DNA of 32,000 nucleotides from Ferroglobus placidus DSM 10642 (GCF_000025505.1 NC_013849.1:330001-362000); one strand, 5' to 3'; shown: positions 11,797 through 21,249, numbered from the stretch's first letter. Made by a program: numbers and translations. Notes: a model not told the origin generated them from the sequence alone.

Positions 11797-13197
11797 TTAA
11801 ATCTTTTCATTATGTAAAGGTTTTAATATTAATGAAATAATAACTGCTATAATACACATAACTCCAGATACTATGTAAGCTAATTCATATTTTCCTGTAA
11901 TATCTCTAATAAATCCAGCCATTACTGGTCCAAGTATTCCTGCAACTCCCCAAGCTGTGAAAAGAATTGCATAGTTCATACCTAAATTCCTTGTACCGAA
12001 ATAATCTCCACATATGTTCGGCATTAGCGGTGAAATCCCTCCATAAGATAGACCAATCAAAACTACTCCTAAAATAGCTCCTATAGCACCGAATGTTACA
12101 ACTAGAGGAATGAAAAAGAACATCATTAACGACATCAATACTGCATCCGCAAGCATTGTATTTCGTCTACCAATTTTATCAGAGATAGTTCCAAACACAA
12201 CTCTCCCAAATCCATTAAACAGAGATAAAGTTCCAACAGCTAAAACGCTTGTGCTCATGCTAAAAATGGGAGTATTTGCACCGTATTCGTCAATTATAAC
12301 TTTGATATGCCCTATGACAAGTAAACCTGCTGCAGCCATAAACCAGTACCATAGCCAAATTAACCAGAACTGCCTTGTTCTTATCATTTCTCTCCACGTA
12401 AAGTTAATCTCTTCTTTTATTGAATGCTTTTCTTGAAGTGAAATATTATGATTTTTAGGATACCAGCCTTCTGGAGGGTATTTTAGAAATATTCCTGCTA
12501 TAAAAATTATAACTAGAAACATAATACCCATATATAAAAAAGCATTATGCCAACCGAAATGCTGTATCAGCTTAACAGCGAGTGGAGCTAAAAACAAAGC
12601 CCCCATTCCAAATCCCATTACTGTTAAACCAATTGCAAATCCAGCTTTATCCGGAAACCACCTCCTGACAACTGGAATGGGCACATTGTAAGCGAAACCT
12701 ATCCCGATACCACTAATTACACCATAAGTTAGATAAAGCCAGTACAAGCTCATAATATTGTAAGCACCTCTGAACTTGACTATCTTTTCTAAAGTCTCCT
12801 TATCTGATATTTTGATTTCTTTTCCGTTAATTATCTCTACTCTATCCAAAAATCTTGTTGCAGTAGGATCAGAGAAAAATCCGTCAGTTGCAAACATTCC
12901 AGAAAGGCTGGATAGTATCCACCCTAAAGCCAGTAAAAATCCTCCAAACCAGACTACTTTTCTTGGACCCCATTTTTCCAGCAAATTTCCTGCTGGTAGC
13001 ATACCCACCGAGAAAAAAAGCACAACTAATGCAAAAGCTCCAGAAGTCATAGCTCTCGTCCAGCCAAAAATTTTCTCAAGTGGTTCAATAAATACAGACC
13101 AAGAGAAGATTACGCCAAGTATAAGATTTATTACAAACCCACAAATAAGATATATCCATCGAGGAAAATCTTTATTAATCATTTTATAACTTTTCAT
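11797..13197 (-). CDS. MFS transporter, oxalate/formate antiporter (OFA)-like
   Basis: 466 aa with ~12 hydrophobic segments and an OFA-like N-terminus (RWIYLICGFVINLILGVIFSWSVF...W..A....F). A ~45-aa hydrophilic insert follows TM3-4. The start lies 6 nt downstream of the 50-aa Zn-ribbon ORF. Confidence 0.75.
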   Translation of the reverse strand: MKSYKMINKDFPRWIYLICGFVINLILGVIFSWSVFIEPLEKIFGWTRAMTSGAFALVVLFFSVGMLPAGNLLEKWGPRKVVWFGGFLLALGWILSSLSGMFATDGFFSDPTATRFLDRVEIINGKEIKISDKETLEKIVKFRGAYNIMSLYWLYLTYGVISGIGIGFAYNVPIPVVRRWFPDKAGFAIGLTVMGFGMGALFLAPLAVKLIQHFGWHNAFLYMGIMFLVIIFIAGIFLKYPPEGWYPKNHNISLQEKHSIKEEINFTWREMIRTRQFWLIWLWYWFMAAAGLLVIGHIKVIIDEYGANTPIFSMSTSVLAVGTLSLFNGFGRVVFGTISDKIGRRNTMLADAVLMSLMMFFFIPLVVTFGAIGAILGVVLIGLSYGGISPLMPNICGDYFGTRNLGMNYAILFTAWGVAGILGPVMAGFIRDITGKYELAYIVSGVMCIIAVIISLILKPLHNEKI

Positions 13198-13203
13198 ATA
13201 TAT

Positions 13204-13356
13204 TTAAATTGAAATTGTATAAGTAAATGTATGACCGCAAACGGGACATTGTACATTGTATTTCCTAATAGTTTTAACACTCGAAGAATCAATTGAGCAA
13301 GAGAAATTTTCTGTATTACCGCAGTTCGGACATTTCAAAGGTCCAGCGCAGCACAT
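13204..13356 (-). CDS. Zn-ribbon microprotein (50 aa), paralog of 13950..14117
   Basis: Below the track's 60-aa cutoff. My translation is MCCAGPLKCPNCGNTENFSCSIDSSSVKTIRKYNVQCPVCGHTFTYTISI*. It has two CxxCG knuckles, shares GPLKCPNCGN with the second micro-ORF, and has a GTGAT partial SD upstream. Confidence 0.55.
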   Translation of the reverse strand: MCCAGPLKCPNCGNTENFSCSIDSSSVKTIRKYNVQCPVCGHTFTYTISI

Positions 13357-13398
13357 ATCTATCACAATATATATTATAAAAAATTAAATATTATATTA

Positions 13399-13914
13399 CT
13401 AGAAACTACCCCAAATTCCAAGCATATATGGAAACGCTGGGATGTATGCAAGAATTCCGGAGACTATTGTGAAGTAAGCTATTGGCTTTACACCTTTTCC
13501 GTGTACTAATAACACCCAGAAGCTAAACCACAACGCTGCCCACTCAAACCAGAGAAACTTTAGGACTGCAAGTCCTATTTCCGTTGGTGGTGTTAAAGCT
13601 CCGCTAATCACCGCTGTTATTGCAACAAGCAGACAGTACCAACCTAAAGCTCTTTGATCGCTAATGTCCCTGACTATATTGAAGAATACCCAGAGGTACG
13701 TAAAGGAGAATAACAATCCTTGAGCCCAAGCGATTGCTCCAGGAGCTTTCAAAACTGCAAGATTGTAGTATGAAGACGAAAAAGTCACTATTCCCGTGAA
13801 AAGATTCATGATTGCTACATCCTTGGCATCAACTTTATTTAGTAACCATAAACCGTTCAGGATTAATACAAATCCTACATAAAGTAAAGCAGCACCAAGA
13901 ACTTCTAAACCCAT
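13399..13914 (-). CDS. amiS: AmiS/UreI family amide/urea channel
   Basis: 171 aa, the same length as Pseudomonas AmiS as I recall it, with six hydrophobic segments. It shows family-like blocks (LLYVG.VL.LNG.WLL; F.FTYLW.). A strong GAGGTGA SD precedes the ATG. Confidence 0.8.
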   Translation of the reverse strand: MGLEVLGAALLYVGFVLILNGLWLLNKVDAKDVAIMNLFTGIVTFSSSYYNLAVLKAPGAIAWAQGLLFSFTYLWVFFNIVRDISDQRALGWYCLLVAITAVISGALTPPTEIGLAVLKFLWFEWAALWFSFWVLLVHGKGVKPIAYFTIVSGILAYIPAFPYMLGIWGSF

Positions 13915-13949
13915 TATTTCACCTCACGAATATACCGCCTCTCCTATCT

Positions 13950-14117
13950 TTATGTTTCGAAAGTACACTTTGCAACACTTTCAGTATAGTAAAATCTCGT
14001 ACCGCAAGAAGCACATTCAATAAGATATTTAATAAGGAACTTTTTAGTTTCTACATTTGTTTGGCGCAAGTTGTCCGAGTTACCACAGTTTGGACACTTC
14101 AAAGGTCCACGGCACAT
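13950..14117 (-). CDS. Zn-ribbon microprotein (55 aa), paralog of 13204..13356
   Basis: Below the track cutoff. My translation is MCRGPLKCPNCGNSDNLRQTNVETKKFLIKYLIECASCGTRFYYTESVAKCTFET*. An AGGTG SD lies 6 nt upstream. It sits between the amiE stop and the amiS start. Confidence 0.55.
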   Translation of the reverse strand: MCRGPLKCPNCGNSDNLRQTNVETKKFLIKYLIECASCGTRFYYTESVAKCTFET

Positions 14118-14169
14118 CTTTTACACCTTTTAAAGTCTTTATATAAAAATATAATAATATTTTAAGGTT

Positions 14170-15162
14170 TTATTCTCCTGGTGGTTGTGGTGTTGATCTT
14201 GTAACTTTTTCTGACATTTCCTTAGCTTTTTTCACGTCGGTTGCCCAGATCTTATAGAATTCATATGGACATTCTGCAATTCCGTCTTCACTTTCTCCAG
14301 CCTCAGCTGTAGCAGTATAACCTCTGTGAAGCAACTTGTATAAGTGGTTCTGGGACATCCAGTTTCTCCTAGCGTTTCTTATAGCTGATATAGATAATTC
14401 TGCATACTGCACCTCATCGGGACTTTCACCACACTCTCCGAGAACTCTACCATCAAAGTCTATTATTGCAGAGTGCCCAAAGTAATAGTATGTGCCATCC
14501 CATCCCGCTAAGTTAGCCACTGCTACATAAACGTTGTTGCACCAAGCCATAACTCTTGCTACATCAATTTGTTGCTGTTTTGGAGGATACATGTATCCTT
14601 GGCACCTAACAATTAGTTCAGCACCTTTCATAGCACAATCTCTCCAGATTTCTGGATAATTTCCATCATCACAGATTATCAGGCTTATTTTTAGTCCTTT
14701 GGGACCTTCTGAAACATATGTTTTGTTACCAGGATACCAAGGTTCAATCGGGACCCATGGCATTATTTTCCTGTACTTTTGAACGATCTCCCCTTTGTCG
14801 TTTATCAATATCAAAGTATTGTATGGATTTTTCTTTGGATGTTCCTCGTGTAGCTCCCCAGTTAGTGAGAAAACTCCCCAGACTTTGTGTTTCTTGCAAG
14901 CCTCTGCAAATATGTCCGTCTCTTCACCTGGAATTGTCGTGGATAATTCTTTCCACTTCACGGGATTAAATCCCTGAGTGCTGTACTCAGGGAATATTAT
15001 TAAATCCAACCCTGGCAACCCTCTCTTACACCCTTCTATAAAACTAGCAATTCTTTCGCAGTTCTCCAAAACTTCTTCTTTGCTATTAACTACAGGAACC
15101 CTGTAATTCACTACAGCTACTCCAACCGTATCTTTTGACGACGCAATATCTCCGTGTGGCAT
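14170..15162 (-). CDS. amiE: aliphatic amidase (acylamide amidohydrolase, nitrilase superfamily)
   Basis: 330 aa. The N-terminus [20 protein letters not shown] and the block [33 protein letters not shown] match bacterial AmiE (Pseudomonas/Helicobacter) as I remember it. The Glu-Lys-Cys triad contexts FPEYS, KYRKI and ICDDG are present. A GAGGTG SD precedes the ATG. Confidence 0.9.
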   Translation of the reverse strand: MPHGDIASSKDTVGVAVVNYRVPVVNSKEEVLENCERIASFIEGCKRGLPGLDLIIFPEYSTQGFNPVKWKELSTTIPGEETDIFAEACKKHKVWGVFSLTGELHEEHPKKNPYNTLILINDKGEIVQKYRKIMPWVPIEPWYPGNKTYVSEGPKGLKISLIICDDGNYPEIWRDCAMKGAELIVRCQGYMYPPKQQQIDVARVMAWCNNVYVAVANLAGWDGTYYYFGHSAIIDFDGRVLGECGESPDEVQYAELSISAIRNARRNWMSQNHLYKLLHRGYTATAEAGESEDGIAECPYEFYKIWATDVKKAKEMSEKVTRSTPQPPGE

Positions 15163-15283
15163 ATGTTACCACCTCAAAAAATGGTTGTTAGATTGAAAAT
15201 TTAAAGTTTGTTATTATTAATTATTACTTATACTTACAAACTCGCAACTTGTAAATTTCATTAATGTAAGTTCGGGGAGAATA

Positions 15284-15832
15284 TTACTCGTTACTACTAA
15301 GGTCTACTATCACAAGTTTGCCGTAACCCTCCTCTATTTTTACAGGAAAACGCATTTTCTGGAATATCACTTCAAGTGAGATTTTTATGAACTCCTTTGT
15401 TGATGAATCTATGAGTATAAGCGAATAGGTTTTCTCAGAAATTTTTTTAACTTCAAACCAATTGGTTTTTTCCATTAGCTTCAGAACGTCTTCAACAGAG
15501 TTTAATCCTCTCACGAGGAATTCTACTGCATGACTCGCTGCGACTTTTCGAACTTCTTTCCAAAATCTCTCGTCTTTTATTTTCTCTATTTCTGAAAATA
15601 TAACTTTTAAATAATCAGTATCTAATATTACATGTTCTCTTTTTGATAACATCTCAACCCATGCCGTTAGTGTTTCTTGATCGACATCGCTTTCTCGAAA
15701 AAGAGAATAACCAAGCTCTATTAAATGTCTTATACATTCACTTGTGCTGACATTGGATTTCCTTCTTAATGATTCTAATTTTCTTTTTGAATCTTCATTA
15801 ATTGATATACTTATTCTTTCAGTCGTTCCCAT
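15284..15832 (-). CDS. ribbon-helix-helix (CopG-like) protein with C-terminal unknown domain, paralog of 20628..21218
   Basis: 182 aa with an N-terminal RHH pattern (ERISISINEDSKRKLESLRRKSNVSTSECIRHLIELG). It overlaps the TRAP permease stop by 14 nt, so it is likely co-transcribed. Confidence 0.6.
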   Translation of the reverse strand: MGTTERISISINEDSKRKLESLRRKSNVSTSECIRHLIELGYSLFRESDVDQETLTAWVEMLSKREHVILDTDYLKVIFSEIEKIKDERFWKEVRKVAASHAVEFLVRGLNSVEDVLKLMEKTNWFEVKKISEKTYSLILIDSSTKEFIKISLEVIFQKMRFPVKIEEGYGKLVIVDLSSNE

Positions 15833-17684
15833 TTTGATACACCTCGTATAATGCTTTTTTACGCAATATATATAACATTGATGTTAATATAATTAGACCT
15901 AAAAATTTAAATAGAAGCAATTGTTGAAGGAGGAGGATTGCTAAAAAAGCAAATAAAATTCTGTATGCAACACTAAGTTTTCTTCCAAAATAGCCTACTA
16001 CTGCAATTGATAAAGCAACGAATCCACTTAATATAAAAAATACCGTAAAAAGGGAATTTAAGGAGGGCTGAGTAAGCTCTTTATATATAAGCATTAAGAA
16101 TGGAATCACGTATGATACAGTAGCAAGCTTAAACGCAGTAAATCCAGTTTCTTCAATCTTTGATCCAGCCAACGAAGCAGCAGCATAGGAGGCAACAGCT
16201 ACTGGAGGAGTTACGGCTGATAGCATGGCAAAATAGAAGACAAAAAGGTGAGTTGCAATTTTGTCGAAACCTGCATGTATCAGAATTGGAGCAGCTATAG
16301 ATGCTGTGAGAACATATGCGGCTGTTGTCGGCATACCCATCCCTAGAAGGATTGCTAAAATCATTGTCAGTACAGTAAGTACGACAATATTTCCATGGGA
16401 TAGGCTTATGATCACACTTGTTAGTTTTTGACCAAGTCCGGTTAAGCCAATTATTCCCACAACCATTCCAACTCCAGCAAGTATGCATGCAACGACTGTT
16501 GCATTTTTTGCAGCATCAGAGAACGAATCCAATATCAGCTTGAGATTCCTAGGTTTTTTGTCAATGACTAAAATTTTGAAAAATATGAAGGCAAACGTAA
16601 ATGTTAATGAGTCAACAATGGCACCTAAAGGTGACATAGTTGTTACGAGTCTATAAATCAAAACGACTAAAGGTAGGAATAGATATAAATTTTTCAGAAC
16701 ATCTTTCCAGCTTATTTTAACTTCAAAACCTTTTAATTTATCTCTTTGAGCAATTAAATCGACTGTTATGAATATAGAAGCATAATATAAGAAAGCTGGT
16801 ATAATTGCAGCAGTGATTATATAAAGATAATTAACGTTTAAAACCTCTGCCATTATAAAAGCTGCAGCACCCATTATCGGTGGAACTAGCTGACCTCCCG
16901 TTGATGCAATAGCCTCTACGGCTGCGGCAAATGATGCCCTGTATCCTGCTTTTTTCATCATAGGTATTGTAAAAGTACCTGTAGCAAGGACATTAGAAAC
17001 AGATGCACCGGATATAGTTCCAAATAGGGAACTTGCTATTATCGCAGCTTTTGCAGCCCCTCCTCTCTTCATTCCAACGGCTCTGAGAGCAACGTTAATG
17101 TAAACTGTCCCGATCCCTGTACCGTAGAGGATAGAAGAGAAAAGTATGAACATAAAGACGTAAGTTGCTGAAATGTACAGAAGAAAACCTAGTATGCCGT
17201 CTGGACTTAACGCAATTTGCTCGAATATCAGCTGAAGACTGACCCCGTGGTGCATAACACCTGGAATGGCAGGACCAACGATCCAATAAAGTACGAATAA
17301 ACTTATGAAAACTGTTAGAACTCTTCCTGCAACTCTTCTAACACTTTCAACTGTTAGAAAAATTAATAGCGAACCAAAAAGTATGTCTGGAAATGTAATA
17401 GGCGTTAGAAGCGGTATTCTTTCAAGTATATATTCTTCTCTCATCAAATAGAAAATTCCTGTTAATGCTGCTAAGATTACCAGGATTGGATCCACAAATT
17501 TATTTAATGGATGTTTAGAAGGTTTAACTAAAAAAGCGAGTATCAGAGCAAAAGTTATATGCACTATTTTTAATGTAAAATCATTTTTCAGAATTGCAAG
17601 AACATATAGTTGAAGGAAAACCCAAACAGAACTTAGAAGATATATAATATTTTCACGGGTGACTTTATTCGAGATTTTATTCAA
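15819..17684 (-). CDS. TRAP transporter fused 4TM/12TM permease (TAXI-associated type)
   Basis: A 621-aa polytopic membrane protein placed after a TAXI binding protein. The start is TTG at 17684, 5 nt downstream of a perfect GGAGGTGA SD. Confidence 0.8.
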   Translation of the reverse strand: MNKISNKVTRENIIYLLSSVWVFLQLYVLAILKNDFTLKIVHITFALILAFLVKPSKHPLNKFVDPILVILAALTGIFYLMREEYILERIPLLTPITFPDILFGSLLIFLTVESVRRVAGRVLTVFISLFVLYWIVGPAIPGVMHHGVSLQLIFEQIALSPDGILGFLLYISATYVFMFILFSSILYGTGIGTVYINVALRAVGMKRGGAAKAAIIASSLFGTISGASVSNVLATGTFTIPMMKKAGYRASFAAAVEAIASTGGQLVPPIMGAAAFIMAEVLNVNYLYIITAAIIPAFLYYASIFITVDLIAQRDKLKGFEVKISWKDVLKNLYLFLPLVVLIYRLVTTMSPLGAIVDSLTFTFAFIFFKILVIDKKPRNLKLILDSFSDAAKNATVVACILAGVGMVVGIIGLTGLGQKLTSVIISLSHGNIVVLTVLTMILAILLGMGMPTTAAYVLTASIAAPILIHAGFDKIATHLFVFYFAMLSAVTPPVAVASYAAASLAGSKIEETGFTAFKLATVSYVIPFLMLIYKELTQPSLNSLFTVFFILSGFVALSIAVVGYFGRKLSVAYRILFAFLAILLLQQLLLFKFLGLIILTSMLYILRKKALYEVYQNGND

Positions 17685-17729
17685 AGTTTTTCACCTCCAA
17701 AAATAGAAGAGAAGAAATCAAAAATTATA

Positions 17730-18770
17730 TTATTTAGATTCGAAATATTTTTTAGCTCCATCGTGAAGAGGAATCAAAGACTCCCCCGCATGTTTAACGT
17801 CAAATCTCTCAAACCCAGCAAAAGCTTCTATAAGTCTCTCCTTATTTTCGACTATTGCCTTTGTAACGATGAATATAATTTCATCTGGTATGTCACTTCT
17901 TGCAACTATGCATGCCCAGAGACCTACCGTCTTTATGTCTTCGTTCATCCCCTCGAATGTTCCCTTTTCAACGGTATACGGTGTAAGTCCGTAATCTTTG
18001 AATTTTTCTATAACTTCATCGTTAAGCGGCAAATAAACGACATCCGTAGCTGCTGTTAGTTTCAACCATAGTGGATGGTTGTATGTTCCAACATCTGCGA
18101 AAACTTGAGCTTTGCCTGTTTTTAGAACTTCCACTCTATAATCTTCCGATGTCCCGAGTAGAACATCTCCACCAGCTTTTTTAATGTCATCATATGTAAC
18201 TCCGTAAAGTTCTAAGGCAACTCTTGTTGCGTATTCATCTAATGAACCCTTTTTACCTGTTACAATTACCACACTTTTTCCATCTTTAATCATTTTTATG
18301 ACATCATCGAGGGTTTTAATGTTATTTTTTTCTGCAAACTCTTTTTTAACAGCAAAGAGAAGGAAATATGGAGATAATTTGTTTACAACCATTCTTATAT
18401 TTGGAATTTTCTCTTCATAGGGTGGCATTCCGTTGTAAGCGAAATAGGCATAGGTATCAAAAGTTATAGCAAGATCTCCCTCATTTTTTGCAAGAAGACC
18501 GAGATTGCCTATCGCTCCAGGTCCCGGAACAACATCGACGCTTGATCCTGGAGGTAAATAATCCTGAATGACTTGTGCTATGCTGCTCCCCATTATGTAC
18601 CAGCTACTTCCAACGCTGTAAGTTAGCAACCGTAATTTAACAGCCTCTTTTTTCTCAAGTGTCGGAGTCTGTGCAGGAGTTGGTGTTTTCTTTTCTGTAG
18701 GTTGTGCACACCCTAAAAATGTCGTCACGATCAACAGTGCAATGAGTAGTAATAACACAGTTTGTCGCAT
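17730..18770 (-). CDS. TRAP transporter solute-binding lipoprotein, TAXI family
   Basis: The track start (18785) is a TTG. ATG 18770 is preceded by GGGGTGA and gives MRQTVLLLLIALLIVTTFLGC, a signal peptide with a lipobox Cys. The body resembles TAXI receptors (SWYIMG...GPGAIGNL). Confidence 0.8.
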   Translation of the reverse strand: MRQTVLLLLIALLIVTTFLGCAQPTEKKTPTPAQTPTLEKKEAVKLRLLTYSVGSSWYIMGSSIAQVIQDYLPPGSSVDVVPGPGAIGNLGLLAKNEGDLAITFDTYAYFAYNGMPPYEEKIPNIRMVVNKLSPYFLLFAVKKEFAEKNNIKTLDDVIKMIKDGKSVVIVTGKKGSLDEYATRVALELYGVTYDDIKKAGGDVLLGTSEDYRVEVLKTGKAQVFADVGTYNHPLWLKLTAATDVVYLPLNDEVIEKFKDYGLTPYTVEKGTFEGMNEDIKTVGLWACIVARSDIPDEIIFIVTKAIVENKERLIEAFAGFERFDVKHAGESLIPLHDGAKKYFESK

Positions 18771-18957
18771 AGTGTTCACCCCCAATTATTAAAAATTAGT
18801 AATTACCATTCGTTAAAATTCTTGTTATGGTAGGATTATGAAAAAATTGCCAGTTATTAGTCATGTTTTCGTAACAAGTAATTAATATGGTATCTTACAT
18901 AAAAAAGTTGATGGAGAGTATTAGCTTTGATTATTATAACGCACTGGGGGCGAAGCA

Positions 18958-20268
18958 ATGAGAATTGGTTGCGGAGCAGGTTTTTTGAACGATCGCGTAG
19001 ACTCAGCTAAAGAACTTGTAAAAAAAGTAGATTTAGATTACTTGGTCTTCGAGTGTCTCGCAGAAAGAACACTTGGAATAATTCTAAAAAACAGCTCTAA
19101 AGGTGGTGATGCTTATGCTCCAACGCTTTTGAACAGAATGCGAGAAATACTCCCTCTTTGTATAGATAAAGGCACAACAGTTATTACAAATGAAGGAGCA
19201 GCGGACCCACTAACTGCGGGATTTCGTGTTGCCAACTTAATAAATGAAATGGGGTACGATGACGTCTCAATAGGTGTTGTAATAGGTGATAAAATTTCGG
19301 ACAATGGTATACTAAAAGAAATTGTCCATAAAAAGGACAGTGAGGAGTTCTTGGGAGCATTCGTATATCTTGGGGCAGAACCGGTTGTAGAAGCTCTAAA
19401 AAAAAGTGTTGATATCGTTATAACAGGAAGAGTTTCCGATACTAGCTTATTTCTCGCTCCGATGATTTACGAATTTGGCTGGGAACTCGACGATTGGGAG
19501 AGATTAGCTAAAGGAGCGACTATTGGGCATCTGTTAGAGTGTTGTGGTCAAATTACTGGGGGATACTTTGCATCACCTCCTGAGAAAATTGTTACAGACT
19601 TAGCAAAATTAGGATTTCCTTATGCAGAAGTATCTGAGGACGGAGAAGCAATAATATCAAAGCCAGAAGGTACTGGTGGAGCTGTAACTGCTTTGACTTG
19701 CAAGGAGCAATTACTCTATGAGATTTTTGATCCGTCCAATTATGTGACGCCAGATGTAGTTATAGATTTCACGAATGTGGAATTTCAAGAAATCGGAAAA
19801 GATCGAGTAGTAGTTACAGGGGCTCGCGGAAAGCCCAGACCTGAGAATCTGAAAGTTATAATTTTTTATAAAAGCGGATATATTGGAGAGGGAGAAATAT
19901 CCTATGGAGGTTATCGAGCCTTGGAGCGAGCAAAGCTAGCTTCGGAAGTAATTTTAGAAAGGTTAAGAATCAGACGTATAAGTTTTGATGACGTGAGGGT
20001 TGACTTTATAGGCATTAATAGTCTCTCAAAAGCAGTAAATTTAAACGAGTTTAACAACATTCCGGAAGTTAGGTTGAGAGTAGCTGTCAAATCAAAAAGA
20101 CTTGATGAAGTGAAGATATTTTGTGATGAAGTGGAAGCTCTCCTTACGAATGGTCCAGCTGGGGGTGGTGGAGTTAAGACAAGCATCGATGAACTTGTTA
20201 GAACTGATTATGCTTTTATTCCACGAGAAAAGATAGCTACGAAAGTTTTTGTTATAACAAATAGGTAG
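18958..20268 (+). CDS. AtuA-like protein (DUF1446, acyclic terpene utilisation family)
   Basis: 436 aa. The N-terminus MRIGCGAGF..DR...A..L......DYLVFECLAERT and the internal GHLLECCGQITGGYF match the DUF1446 pattern as I recall it. Confidence 0.7.
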   Translation: MRIGCGAGFLNDRVDSAKELVKKVDLDYLVFECLAERTLGIILKNSSKGGDAYAPTLLNRMREILPLCIDKGTTVITNEGAADPLTAGFRVANLINEMGYDDVSIGVVIGDKISDNGILKEIVHKKDSEEFLGAFVYLGAEPVVEALKKSVDIVITGRVSDTSLFLAPMIYEFGWELDDWERLAKGATIGHLLECCGQITGGYFASPPEKIVTDLAKLGFPYAEVSEDGEAIISKPEGTGGAVTALTCKEQLLYEIFDPSNYVTPDVVIDFTNVEFQEIGKDRVVVTGARGKPRPENLKVIIFYKSGYIGEGEISYGGYRALERAKLASEVILERLRIRRISFDDVRVDFIGINSLSKAVNLNEFNNIPEVRLRVAVKSKRLDEVKIFCDEVEALLTNGPAGGGGVKTSIDELVRTDYAFIPREKIATKVFVITNR

Positions 20269-20277
20269 GTGACTTGA

Positions 20278-20601
20278 ATGAAACTGGGAGAAGTCGCTCA
20301 TGCGAGAGCTGGAGACAAAGGTGGAACTGTGAATATCTCAATAATTCCCTACAAGGAAGAAGATTACGAAAAATTGAATGAAATTCTTACTGAAGAGAGA
20401 GTTGAAACCTTTTTCAGATCTGTTTTGGGAAGAGACATTTATGTCAAAAAATATGAACTCCCAAAGATAAAGGCTTTGAACTTCGTTATTGAAAACGCTT
20501 TTTCTGGAGTTACATATTCTCTAGCTTTAGATAAACATGGAAAAACGTTGAGCTACATACTCCTCGAAATGGAGCTTGAAGATGAACAGCGAAAGTTTTA
20601 A
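20278..20601 (+). CDS. small AtuA-associated protein (DUF4387-like)
   Basis: 107 aa. MKLGEVAHARAGDKGGTVNISII..., sited directly after the DUF1446 gene with an AGGTGA SD. This pairing is typical of DUF1446/DUF4387 loci, from memory. Confidence 0.55.
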   Translation: MKLGEVAHARAGDKGGTVNISIIPYKEEDYEKLNEILTEERVETFFRSVLGRDIYVKKYELPKIKALNFVIENAFSGVTYSLALDKHGKTLSYILLEMELEDEQRKF

Positions 20602-20627
20602 CCAAATTTATTCAGTAACTAAAGATA

Positions 20628-21218
20628 ATGAGAAAATATTACAAGAGAGTTACAGTAGCCTTAGAAGAGAATGAGTGGGAAGATGTCAAAGAACTAAGTG
20701 ATATGCTTGGAAAGTCCCTTAGCAAGATAATAAGGGAAGCCGTTCAAATTTATAGTCAGATTGTAAGACGATCAATTTTGAATTCGTCTTCTCTTCACGA
20801 GTTTGACAAATTAGATCTAGAAAGATTGTACAACTGGATCCCAGCTATGGCAGATAACCAGCACATAATTATAGACAACGAACATTGGAGGTTGCTTTTT
20901 GAAGCAATAGAGAGAATCGAAGATCAAACAATTTTGAACAAATTTTACGAGAAGGTTAGAAACTCTGGTGTAGCCCATGGCTTCGAATTTTTTTACGAGG
21001 GATACAATACTCCGTTAAAAATTTTGAAAAGATTAGAATTTGGTGGATGGGGATATGTGTTAAAAAAGGATGATGAAACTTATGTTTTTGTTATAAAAAG
21101 TGGAATAGGTTCTAAGTTTGTTGAATATTTCTTGAGAGGTGTCTTTGAGTCACAAAACATTTCAGCAGCAATTACAAGAGGGGAAGGAAAACTTATTATA
21201 AAAATTTTATCTAAATAA
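20628..21218 (+). CDS. ribbon-helix-helix protein with C-terminal unknown domain, paralog of 15284..15832
   Basis: 196 aa with RHH-like KRVTVALEENEWEDVKELSDMLGKSLSKIIREAVQIY. Its C-terminal domain aligns by eye with the other RHH protein: HIIIDNEHWRLLFEAIERI versus HVILDTDYLKVIFSEIEKI, and GKLIIKIL versus GKLVIVDL. Confidence 0.55.
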   Translation: MRKYYKRVTVALEENEWEDVKELSDMLGKSLSKIIREAVQIYSQIVRRSILNSSSLHEFDKLDLERLYNWIPAMADNQHIIIDNEHWRLLFEAIERIEDQTILNKFYEKVRNSGVAHGFEFFYEGYNTPLKILKRLEFGGWGYVLKKDDETYVFVIKSGIGSKFVEYFLRGVFESQNISAAITRGEGKLIIKILSK

Positions 21219-21249
21219 ATTAAAAAATTAACTTTACTCATTAATAATT

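Noticed and set aside
15231-15254. TTACAA-N9-TTGTAA inverted repeat upstream of amiE
   Set aside because: It has only 6-bp arms in AT-rich DNA, which is insufficient support for an operator call.
16153-17286. Same-strand alternative-frame ORFs (111 and 63 aa) inside the TRAP permease gene
   Set aside because: They are Cys/Arg/Ser-rich out-of-frame translations of a membrane protein gene, with no SD.
18798-18885. Short repeats in the TAXI/AtuA divergent promoter: AGTAATTA twice, the GTAATTAC palindrome, and CTTGTTA/TAACAAG inverted 44 nt apart
   Set aside because: These are 7-8-mers in a very AT-rich 170-bp region and cannot be told from chance by eye. They are worth testing only if the RHH proteins are assayed on this DNA.
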